The position numbers and the translations under genes are program-made. The notes under the pieces are model-generated. The model was not told where the DNA came from. It did no database searches and worked only from the letters and a program-made list of their open reading frames with translations. A stretch of DNA of 64,000 nt, from positions 14,818,001 to 14,882,000 of the forward strand of contig CM102285.1 of assembly GCA_046563655.1 (NCBI GenBank), in the 5' to 3' direction. Origin of the DNA: Yuukianura sp. NJ FZ-2021. Lineage: Eukaryota. Position 1 is the stretch's first letter. Each line of letters opens with the position of its first letter. Below, in pieces: positions 13,301 to 23,327 of this stretch.

Positions 13301-14616
13301 CACAAATAGAACATAAATCTTTATAAACCGGATCAACGAAAACGGAATAAAAAAAAACGGTTTAAAAATGGGAAAACGGTTAACTGCATAACGAAATTTC
13401 AGCAATTAGATTTCATGTTCTGCCTTTCAAAATCCAAATCTGGTCAATCGCAAAAGTCAAAACTAATGGACATGAATTTTAACGTTTAAGTTTTAATTTC
13501 CCAAAAATTTAGCGCGGGGTGCGGGTGATGAAAAAATGGACATTTCTCCTGGTTTTTCTGTTTTCCGTTTTCTCCCTTTTTTTTTTGATTTTCGTTTTTC
13601 GGCGACAACGGAAACGAAACGAAAGGTACCGTTTTAATAAAAATTCAAAAACCGAACACGGAAAAAACAGAAAGTCCGTTTCGTTCCTGGTTTTACACGG
13701 AAACGGCGGCAACCCTATCTAAAACACAAAATTTTGAATTTCAAAAAATTTCGAAAATTTCAACATTTTGGAATTGTTGGTTTCAGGTTACAGTGAAGGT
13801 GGTAGCAACAGTTTACGAAACCAAAACGCTTTGAGTACCGTCCACATTTTGCGGTTCGCCGGAACGACCCGAACGAAACCGATTCTCTACGCGTCGTCAC
13901 TCGTTGCCGTAACGAAAGCAATTGACAACGAACTGGTCGAAGAGTTTCCGGATCCAGACGACTTTGGTGAAAAAGTGACCAGTGGCTACATCTTGTCCAA
14001 GTTCATCTCGGAGAAACTTCTGCGTGAAGGAGCCGTCCGCGGTATTCCGTCCACCGTGATCCGGTACGCCTCGATCATGGGCAACTCTGTGACCGGTGCC
14101 ATGCCAACGGGCTACAACCATTCATGGAGTATCCTCGTTTCGTGCATTCGGATCCGGAAGTTCCCGCGGTTCGACCAAAACGGTATTCCGATGATGGCTG
14201 TCGACACGGCAGTGAAGATCTCCTCTGAGATATTCTTGAAAGATGACTCCGAATTCGGAGTTTACAATTTGACCAGCAGTTCGCAAGTATCGGAGGATGA
14301 CATTACGGAAGTATTTGCTAAATTTGGTATCCATGGAGAGTACATTCCGTTTATCGAGTGGAGAAACATTGTGTTTGAAGAGATGGACCAGAATGCTCTC
14401 GGTCCAGTTGGATTCCTGTATGAAGATGAGGGAGAAGCTCCAAGATTCTTAAGATTCCATCCACTTGCGCATGACATTGACCATCTCCAGGTCAACTCGC
14501 TGAGTAAAAAAGTACTTGCGAATCTTCCAAATGTCCACGACATGATTCTGCCTGCCAAGGTTGTCATGGAACGTCATCTGGACTACTACCACAAAACATT
14601 GACCAAGGAACCGTAG
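194..14616 (+). CDS. Glycogenin-like domain fused to single-module highly reducing type I polyketide synthase (GT8-like-KS-AT-DH-cMT-ER-KR-ACP-R), about 3190 aa, 18 exons
   Basis: Phase-consistent GT-AG exons: 194-197, 279-420, 513-660, 832-1073, 1159-1237, 1329-1394, 1508-2109, 2516-2697, 2859-3116, 3219-3335, 3831-4600, 4841-5852, 6323-7226, 7571-9274, 9829-10072, 10271-11602, 12275-13211, 13787-14616 (sum 9573 nt, divisible by 3). Motifs: KS DPQQRLLLE, ESGCSSS, EAHGTGT, KTNIGH; AT FTGQGSQ, GHSVGE, HAFHS; DH HPLLG, DHKV..ILP; cMT ILEVGAGTG; ER IHVASGGVG; KR ITGGLGGLG; ACP LGVDSL; R LLTGATGHLG and GYILSK. Confidence 0.9.
2140..2400. repeat. Intronic minisatellite, 21-bp units alternating as a 42-bp higher-order repeat
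   Basis: TCAGAAACCCCAACTTTAGAT / TTAGAAGCCCCAACTTTAGAT in tandem (core about 2173-2335) inside PKS intron 2110-2515. Confidence 0.9.
4680..4748 (+). pseudogene. Degenerate tRNA-like element (tRNA pseudogene or SINE head) in PKS intron
   Basis: A-box-like TAGCCCAAAGG, perfect 5-bp T-stem GTGGG-GTCGAAT-CCCAC, partly pairing acceptor ends AGCCTGA/TCGGTCT, followed by a T-run; mismatches in D and acceptor stems. Confidence 0.55.
5875..6070. repeat. (TTTGACC)-type low-complexity tandem repeat in PKS intron
   Basis: Repeated TTGACCTTTGACC/TTGACTTTTGACC; similar arrays at about 665-800 (opposite orientation) and 10078-10255. Confidence 0.8.
7316..7541. mobile_element. hAT-like MITE in PKS intron
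   Basis: Perfect 8-bp flanking duplication GTTTTTAC (7308-7315 and 7542-7549); imperfect TIRs CAGGATTAATT / AACTAACCCTA. Confidence 0.55.
11760..12047. mobile_element. hAT-like MITE in PKS intron
   Basis: 20-bp TIRs CAGACTTGCCAAAAATATTT / AAATATTTTTGGCAGGTCTG (1 mismatch); 8-bp TSD CACATTAC/AACATTAC. Confidence 0.85.
13233..13717. mobile_element. hAT-like MITE in last PKS intron
   Basis: Ends TAGGGATGC / GCAACCCTA, subterminal AAACGG/CCGTTT repeats, 8-bp TSD TATAAAAC/TCTAAAAC. Confidence 0.75.
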
Positions 14617-15060
14617 CACTAAAACACAAAAACTTGCACAAAATGATTAATTCTTAATTAATTAACTTATTTACTAATTACCTTCACCCATACACTCGTT
14701 GCCCACAATTGGAAACTGTAAAACCGAAGCACCGACCGAAACAATTTGGAAAAATAATACTCTGTTCTGAATGCACCGAAAAAGTTGGAACTTTGAGTTT
14801 TTTTGTTTGGTCAAGTTTGAATTCTTGAATTTTACTTTGAATTTGTCCGAATTAGTTTGACTTTGTTTAAAAATTCTTTGAATTTGGTAAAATCTGGCTT
14901 GCATTTTAAATTGAACTTGTTTATTAAGATATCCCGAAGATTCAGTGCAGAAGATTCCGTCGCTGACAAGGTTTTAAAAATATCTGAACATTTTTAAAAC
15001 AGAATTTTTGATTTTTGAAAGTTGTAGAAACTAAATGCTAAGAAAAGGAGAGCGTAAAGA

Positions 15061-18000
15061 TCATTTTTTAAAAGTAATGCTCTTACCCTCTTTGGCTCTG
15101 AACGGATTTACGAAAAAGTTGGAGGCTCGTGGTCGGTTGTTGGCTCCGCCTCCTGCGACGTTCTTGTCCTTCTGCCCAGCATCCAGCATCTTCTGCTTTT
15201 TGTGCGTCTGCACAGGACTGTCATCTCCTTCAGCACTTCTCTTCTTCCCTTTCTTCATCCACTTCACTTTGTCAAAGAACGCCTTCCGCTTCTGCCTCTT
15301 CGATTCGGACTTCTTCGGACTCCACCTCGTCTGTTCCTCCTCATCCTCTGAATTTTCTTTGCTGACCTCCAAATCAACTGACTTTTCTTTCCTGACCTTC
15401 GTTTCTGCTGACTTTTCTTTCCTGACTTTCAAATCGGCTGACTTTTCTTTGCCGACTTTCATTTCAGCTGACTTTTCTTTGCTGACCTTCGCTTCTGCTG
15501 ACTTTTCTTGGTTGACTTTCGGAGCCTTTGGTCCATTCTTCTTAGCCAGTTTCTTTGCATAAGCCTTCAAATTTCACAAAAGTAATCAATAATTATTATA
15601 ATAATATAAATATATTGATATAAATCAATTAATTGTACAGAATAAAGTTAAACAGTATCTCACCATGGGATTGATTGCAACAAAATCCTTTTCCGGTAAA
15701 ACACGATCCAATCGGCCCATTTTCTCTGCCGGAACTGCAGCGGACAATGGTTTATCAGCTTCTGCCGGATCGGCAAGTATCGTATCCCGAACAGCACGAA
15801 CCACTGGATCGTCCATGTCCAGATTAGCCTTCTTGGTAGGATTCTTCAGAATGTCCAGAATGTTGTTGCTCAACTCATAACGCCCATAGGCACTTGAATC
15901 TTCCCGGACTTTGGTAGTTCCGAACCGACGAACGCCGAACGGTATGCTGGAACTTGTGCGAATGACAATATCGGAACAGTCAATTGTCGGTTTCCGGTTT
16001 TCCGAAAATACGGATTGACGGAACTGATCTTGTGTGACCCCAACAGTAGAAATCAAGGATTCGTCAACATCATGGATGCTGTTCAGCAGAATCATCCACT
16101 CCTTCTGCTTCTTCCGCTTGTCCGGTCCAGTCCATTCCACTTTATCCTTAAAAAAAATGAAATAATGTAAAATTTTGAAAAATTTGAATGTTGAAATGAA
16201 AACTTACTTCGTGAAGAGGTAAATCCCTGGCTTTGAGTATAATTCTATGAAGATCACCCAAGTACTGCTGAACCAACGGTGGAATTGGTTCACAACAGGA
16301 GAGGATTCCAGTCATTTCCTTCGGCAGCGTTTCAGCGATTGTGAGTAACATGTGATTAGGCAGCACATAACTCAAACTCTCGTCTTTCTCTCGTCCAATG
16401 GCGTCTCTCCAGTTGTACAGTTCAGTAAAGGCAAAGAGTTGGCGATTGTTCAAATGTCGCCGTGTTTTCCTCAGAGCCAACTGGGAATTTCTTCCTGGTT
16501 TCTCATAGCGCTAAAACCAAAAGTCAATGTTGATTATAATTAATCAAAATTAATCGATTAATTAGTTCATTAAAACCACTCACTTTGAGACAAGCTAGTC
16601 TCGATTGCTCATAAACAGCACGAAGTAGGTTCTTGTTTGCATTTCCTTGCTCGATCAGCTGAGCCTTGAGCAGATCGTGAATGAAAAGCAGAAAATGCGT
16701 GTCCTGTCTGGCATAAGTCAACATTTCTTCTGGAAGTGGTCTGTAAAAAAACGAGAAACAAAATTTTGAAAACGTATTTCAGAATTTGGTTGAGAAAAAT
16801 GACGAAAAAACTTACCTCAGTCGCCAATCAGCTACTTGATACTTTTTATCAAGTTCAATGGAGCAAAAGTGGGCCAAAAGATGTTGGAGTGAGAAATGGG
16901 CAAAATTGAGTTGCTTCATGGCCAAATAAGTGTCAAAAAGCCCGACAACATAAACTCCGAAATCCCGCTGAAGCCACTCCAGATCACAAGTTGCACCGTG
17001 AAAGACTTTGACGATTTTTGGATTAGTGAAAATTTCATTCAAGGCTTCAAGGTCTTTCCACAGTGGAAGTGGATCAATGATAAAATCCTTGTCTCGAGTT
17101 GAAATCTGAATAAGACAAGTGAGTCCAAGGAAAGTTCTGTAGGAATGATGCTCCAAATCTACTCCAATTTCTTTCACTTGACGCAACTCTGTGATCATTT
17201 CTTCTAAACCGTCAACTGTATCGATGTAGATGAGTGGAGTTTCCTCTAAAGGCTTTGGTGCTATCGGACTAGATTTCTCCAGCATCCAATCCTTCCCCTC
17301 AAAACGACCAAGCTCCACTTCATACGGGTGACCATAACTAAAAAAAAAAGAAAACGTTTTAAAAACGTTTTTACAATTTTTTTGAGAAAACGTTTTACAA
17401 ACAAAATTTGAGAATGAATGTGATTTGTGGTTACAATTCTTCATTGTTGGCAGTATATTCCGGAAGGATAGACAGTGGCTTCAGGGAATTCGGTTTCATG
17501 TTTAGCTTTGGAACAAACGGACTCAAACTGTTGTCAATTGCATCAGCAAACTTGAGTTGTGGCTTCTCAGTCACCCGGAGACGATGGACGGCTTTCTTGG
17601 TTGGTCTAGATTCGATAATAGATGCAGAGATAATCGGTTGTTTCTTGGACACTTCTGCAGAAGTATCTCTGAAATCTCCGCCAGATGCTGAAGATCCGAA
17701 TTTCTTCTTCCCCCATGTCCCCGGAGGTTTTAAGACGCCTGCGCTCACAGATTTATCAACCACCACCATCTCCGCTCGTTTAAATAAACCTTCAGCGTCG
17801 TCCAGAGAAGTTCCCTAAAAAAATCAGGTGATCATGACCTTAACGTTAGTTTCAATATCTACTTCGAACGTCTTACCACTCGTTCCAGAATGTCGTCGTT
17901 AGCTTCTACGAGAAAGTCCAGCTTCTCGTCCACTGTGCGTCTGCCATAGGAATGAGTCGATACCATTTCATGTTCCAGGATAATTTTGATGAGTGGCTCT

Positions 18001-18298
18001 ATTCTGGTTCGGCAGTTCTTCATTGCTCGACGGAATTCGGGGTAAGACTTTTGGAGATCCCATAATGGTCCGGCTGGTGGCAACGTTTGGAATGCCCTCG
18101 TAGCCTCCGCAACTCTCTTTAGTCCTTCCTGTAGTTCAAACAATACTCATAGAAACTATAGTTAATTGCCAATTACTTTCCGTGTGGTCTCACATTTGAA
18201 AAATCTGTAAGTGTGGGAAATCCTGGTAGAAAGTCCTTGATTGTCGTATTGGCATTTGCAGGTATCTTGGGTTTACTTGTCTCTGGATCCTCTGCCAT
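15061..18298 (-). CDS. EXOSC10: Exosome complex exonuclease RRP6 / exosome component 10
   Basis: Multi-exon from ATG 18298 (MAEDPETSK); PMC2NT-like 'LVEANDDILERV', 'KPQLKF..IDNS..PFVPKL..KPN', 'HPYEVEL', DEDDy motifs GVDLEHHSYRTF, CDLEWLQRDFG, ADWRLR, YARQDTHFL; HRDC 'WRDAIGREKDESLSYVLPNHML'; basic C-terminus ending SITFKK. Confidence 0.95.
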
Positions 18299-18939
18299 TC
18301 TGTAATTACGTTCGTATTCACTTAAAAAGGAAACTGTATAACAGTATTAAAAATTAATTAGTTTAATTCAATTAATTAGAAAATTAACAAGTCATTTGTT
18401 TCCATTTTATGAATGAAAAACACGAAAACAAAACAAAAGTCAAAAGTGTGACAAAGCCAAAAGCGAGAGTGAGTGACACAAAATTCAAAATCACACGAGG
18501 AAATACTTTTCCCGCCATTTATCTCCCGTTGCCCCATTTCAACAAATGAAACGAAGAGGAACCGAAACGACATATTTTGAAATGGAAACGTTTGACAAAC
18601 GGACCGAAAAGAAACAAAAGAATTCAAACGTTGAACTTTTACTTTTACGTTTTAGCGTTGTTTGCTGTTTCTTGTTAAGTTTATTAATAGCCAAAATTCA
18701 TTAACTAACTTACAAATGTTAATGCGCGGCTCCTATTTACGCTTAGGTACACCAGTACCTTATCTCTTTTACCTGTAATCTTTGTAAAGTTTCAAAGATT
18801 ACCGTTTCTTTCATTATTCTGGAGTCCTGGGACACATAGGTTTGGTAAAATCAAATCTTTGAATTTCCTTTCATTTATACCGTGCCTTGCCAATTACGTT
18901 TGAGCGTTACACTGTTAATAAGGTCGCTAATCCAGAGTA

Positions 18940-21630
18940 ATGGACGGCATTTCCAAGGGAACACCGACCGGAGCCACCCTGCCTCCAATGTCCACTCCAG
19001 GAGGAATTGCTTTCATTCCAGCAACTGGTCAAGATACAACTGCAGAACCACAAATGGACGTCGACCTTGATGATACATTCGTCTCTTGCACTGAAAACGA
19101 ACCCATTCTGCGTATTTCGCCACCCTCATTCAGCATCAGCTCTTCGGTTGCAAAGAAAGGACGAGTATCAGGTTGCAGCGATGAAAACGACAACCTGGAG
19201 GACCTACGCAAGAAAATTTGTAATACAACAGCGAATTCTCATCTTCTGCGCTGCAAAAGTTGTATGTTTTTTGTTTCACAGCCGACTTGGAAGGAAACCT
19301 TCGGCAAACCCAGAGGGAGTTGGTTGACCACGAAGCAATGTATAAAAAATTGGATCAAGTTAATTCAGAAAATCGCAGATCTTACTTCGAGAAGGTCATT
19401 GCACTGGAAAAGGCTCAAGAGGAGATGAGTATCAAATGTAGAAATGCAACTGAGCGGGTATTACTAGAAACTACAAATTGATAATCGTGGTTACAATTTT
19501 AATCACTAACGTATTTTGTTCAGGCCGAAACTTTGGAAAAACAACTTTTGACACTCCAGAGCGAAAATGCTGATAAAGCTCAAGATTTTGAGACTCGATT
19601 TACGTCCCAGTTGAATAAAATTTCCAAATTGGACGCAACAATTGCCGAGCTGGAAGAGAAAAATGAAGCCCTCCATCTCAAGTTAATGGAGCAATTCACA
19701 GCAGGGGAGAAATCTGCTCAACAGTTGCAGCAGAGAGCAGAAGAGGCAGAGAATGGTGGTGCTAAAGCTAAGCAAGAAGCAGCAATTTTCCAAAGTCAAT
19801 TGACTGAAACTGAGAATCGGTTGGCCAAGTCACAAGCTGAATTGGCAGAGGCAACGAATCAAAGTTCAAGAATCAACGAAACTTACAAACAAGAGACGGT
19901 TAAATTGAGGAATATTGTTCTAGCGGAGCGAATGAAGTGTGAGAATATAACCAAAGAGTGTCGAAACATCCTCCAGTAACATTTTTCGAAATTCCTAAAT
20001 TTTTCAATGAATTTTTTGTTTCAGGGGCCGAGCAAGAGAATCTTTTGAAAAATCAGGTGCAATCATCGGAGAAGGAAATTTCAGTTTTGAAGGAGCAGTT
20101 GAGAGCAAAAGGAGACGTTGAAAGGGAACGGAACAATGTGCTGAGTGAAATCAATGCGTGGATTGGAATTGCAACTAAACTGGAAGCATCGTGTCGTACA
20201 CCGCAGGAGTTTGACGTAACATTTAGAAAAACACAAGGCCTACTGCTGGAACTAGAACGTGACAACTCCACTTTGAAACAAACGTAAGCTAAAAATTACT
20301 TTTTCGTTTAAGGAGAGACAGCAGGTCAATAAAAATAACCCCAAATAACGTTTTAACCCCAAATAACCTAACCAATCAGGAAATAAATGCACCAAAAGTC
20401 TTATGTGAAATCGCGTATAAGTGAATCTGTCTATCCTAATCTTAATGTTTAATTAAACATTTTAATGTTCAAAAATTCTCCGTTTTTCGTGTAATCATAA
20501 TTCATAACTTTTGTCGTAGAAACGAAAATAAAGATAAGAAGATCAAAAGTTTGGAACTGGAGGTTAACAGAGCAAATGGATATGCTCAAACCTTGGCCTC
20601 TGACAAAGCAAAACTGAGCTTGCATTTGAAAAAACTCACACGGCGATTGGCTATGATTGCTCAGGTAACTTAGCACTGTAAGGATCAACTAAATAAACTA
20701 AATAAATTAATTTAAATTAATTAACTTAGCTAATTCATTGTGGCTTACCCAGGACCGTGATTCGTCACGAGTACTGATAGAATCTTTTGTGAATGACTTG
20801 GAGGAGAGTTCTGCAACGGAGATTAATCCACTGAAACTGCGGATTTCTCAATTGGAAACGCTTGTGCTGGACTACGAGGCCGTTCTGGCAGAGGATCCGT
20901 CACTGAGAAAACCTTGTGAAGACTGTAAACGACATTTAGCAACTATCAAGACACTCCAGACAGAGTCAGTTTTTTTTAAAATCAAAATTTTGAAGTTTGC
21001 ACTACAAAATAGAAATACTAAAAGTTCACATAGGTATTCTAATTTTTTTTTAAATTTTATTCTAATTTTTCTTTTATTTTTTTGAAACTCAGCAAACGTC
21101 AACAGAAAACTGGTAAGTTTCGTCTAAGAAAAAAAACGTTTTTTTTGCAACTTCTAAACTTTGACAATTTTTAGAACTTGAACGTCAGCTGAAAGCACTG
21201 CAGGGACGTTACGACCGCCGGAAAGAGCAGCAACGTTATAAAGCTGGGCAACTCCAAAAGGCTTGTAAAAAATTGTTTGGTTACAAGGTTGATTTTAAGA
21301 AAAGCCAGCACTACCAAAAAGAAACTGTATTCAAAATTCGAAACATCAAGTCCAAAAGAGCAGAACAAATTTTTACTTTCGAGGTTTTTTTTTCAACTTT
21401 TCCAAAACAACTTATGAAAATTGATTTTTGAATATGGCGTTTCTTGTCTTTAGGAAGAAAATGGTAAGATGCTGCTGGTGGACACTCCATTCTCACGAAA
21501 TTTTGAAGGCGACGTTAAGCAGTTTCTGAAACGAAAGCCTCCCTCCGCCCCAGGATTTTTTGCTGCCGTAACAAACGCGTACAACCAGGGCTTCATTTGC
21601 GATTGGAAGGACGATTCGGACAATGCATAG
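18940..21630 (+). CDS. MAD1L1: MAD1-like mitotic checkpoint coiled-coil protein, copy A (shortened; possibly degenerating)
   Basis: Coiled-coil exons; 'RRLAMIAQDRDSSRVLIESF' resembles MAD1 'RVLLLTKERDGMRAILGSY'; C-terminal domain 'ACKKLFGYKV...FKIRNI...IFTFE...MLLVDTPFS...SAPGFFAAVT'. Stop TAG at 21628-21630. One junction (19975/20025) is out of phase unless an alternative donor is used. Confidence 0.65.
20310..20438. mobile_element. Small MITE-like insertion in MAD1 copy A intron
   Basis: Inverted ends TAAGGAGAGACAG / CTGTCTATCCTAA; the equivalent copy B intron is much shorter. A similar end (TAGGAGAGACGCC ... GGCGTCTATTTCCTA) occurs at about 32141-32417. Confidence 0.45.
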
Positions 21631-21849
21631 TTATTACGGAAGTGATCGCCATGCAGATGACCATTAAATATTTTTTTTATAGTACCTAAGTCCGTTTCCT
21701 CTCATTCAGTTCAATTTCATAAAAACTGAAAGTGTTGGGATCTCTTGTGGGAAGTAAAAAGCAAGTTGTTCAAGGAAAGTTGTATTCTATTGTTTTCAAA
21801 ATTTAAAAGTATGCTTTTGGCCTGGTTCATTAATTGATTGATCTACAAA

Positions 21850-22430
21850 GCTTGTTTCCTATTTCTTGTTAAGTTCATTGTGAGAAGGTAATATCCAAAG
21901 TTATAGTAATTACAAAGATTAGTTACCGTTTTTTTTTTATTCCGGAAGCATAAGTTTTGTAAGTTTGCATTTTTGAATTTCTTTTGATATTTATACCGTG
22001 CCTAATTTAATTTACCAGCAGGTGTATTTTTACATTTGCAGAGGTCGTTTAGTTCAGAGCTATGGATAGACAATAGGCATATCTAGATTGCCGAATACCG
22101 AATACCCGAATAATTTCACACAAAAAGTTCAGCGCATGTATAATCCGCGAATAATCGGCGCGAATAATAGGCCTAATAAACCGGTTGTGAACCGCCCGTA
22201 ATGATATAATAGCTTAGGAATGCGGGGTTTTTTTCAAGCTTACAGAATGAAATTACCGTAGAATTCCCGTGACTTACGAGTAATTACGGCTCTGATTGTT
22301 CATTTAACTCGAATGTGATTTCAACAATTAACTTTGTTAATTCATTGTCATTTTAATTACTAACTTTGCTAATTATTTAAATTAATTTAATTAATTATGG
22401 TTTGTTAGACCGTGATTCGCCGAGCCATTT
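21850..22430 (+). pseudogene. Relic third MAD1-like copy (5' region plus a fragment of an internal exon)
   Basis: 21850-22075 resembles the 5' region of copy A (TTTCTTGTTAAGTT, TTACCGTTT, TTTATACCGTGCC, AGGTCG..CAGAG..ATGGA) but reads ATG GAT AGA CAA TAG; about 22408 GACCGTGATTCG matches the exon start at 20753/25167. Confidence 0.6.
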
Positions 22431-22507
22431 GTCTCACACTGCGCCAACTCAATTTGAGCAAACAGAAGGAGGGATAATAGTTTGAAATAGAAAACGGTTG
22501 ACAAAAC

Positions 22508-22855
22508 CACTGGTGCTAATTTAGCGCCGCTGGAGCGGCGCTCATCAGCTGCTGCAAAAAAATTTACCCCTCCGCTCCTTCGTCCGCATCGCTCCCGCTC
22601 CGCTCAGAGCGGTCAAAAAACTTTAATGACCGCCTGCCCCCGCTCTCTCATAGTCATATGTTAACATAGGAGCGGGCGGAGCGAAGAGCGGCGCTCTTTA
22701 TCAATTTTTGGCTTCGCTCCGCTCCCGCCCGCTCTTTCAAAAAATTTCTGGGGACCGCTCCGCTCCGCTCTCTGGAGCGAAGAGCGGAGCGGTCACCGCT
22801 CTTCTAAAGAGCGATCGCTCTCAAAAGAGCGGCGCTCTCTCAATTAGCACCAGTG
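22508..22855. mobile_element. hAT-like MITE upstream of MAD1 copy B
   Basis: Perfect 14-bp TIRs CACTGGTGCTAATT / AATTAGCACCAGTG, perfect 8-bp TSD GACAAAAC (22500-22507, 22856-22863), internal GAGCGG/CCGCTC repeats. Confidence 0.92.
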
Positions 22856-23108
22856 GACAAAACACAAAACAGACACAGAAATGAAATTCAATGTTCAAGT
22901 TCAATAAACTTACATAGAATTACGTTAATCGATTACTAATCTAATAAATAGTTTGCTTGCTGTTTAATGTTACGTTCACTGTTAAAAAGTATATAATAGC
23001 CAAAGATAATGTAATTACACGGATTAGTTATCTTTTTGCTGGGTTCTGGAAAGCACAAGTTTGGTAAGTTACGAAATTCGACCTTCGTCACTTTTAATTT
23101 GCTTTATA

Positions 23109-23251
23109 CAGGGAAAGTTTTAAGTTCTGTTCATGCAAATGAGGGCATGAGGGGTCGGTTTTTCGCTATAACGCGTAACGCAGGAGGAATGTAATCGAAG
23201 TTAAAAAACCAGGACCCTCATTTGCACGAACAGAACTTAAAACTTTCATTG
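23109..23251. mobile_element. Tc1/mariner-type MITE (TA TSD) in the 5' region of MAD1 copy B
   Basis: About 37-bp TIRs CAGGGAAAGTTTTAAGTTCTGTTCATGCAAATGAGGG / CCCTCATTTGCACGAACAGAACTTAAAACTTTCATTG flanked by TA; the empty site TTTATACCGT is seen in the paralogous regions (about 18875, about 21990). Confidence 0.9.
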
Positions 23252-23327
23252 TACCGTACGCATTGACCCTTCGACCTTCTTGACTATTTGTATTTTTGCA
23301 GGTATACTGTCGAAGTCATACGAAGTT

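Noticed and set aside
1508..14616. PKS as bacterial contamination or a fragmented pseudogene
   Set aside because: All ORF breaks are explained by phase-consistent GT-AG introns with host-like composition, and the locus is contiguous with animal housekeeping genes.
15035..15562. 175-aa plus-strand hydrophobic ORF
   Set aside because: Antisense shadow of the Lys/Glu-rich last exon of EXOSC10.
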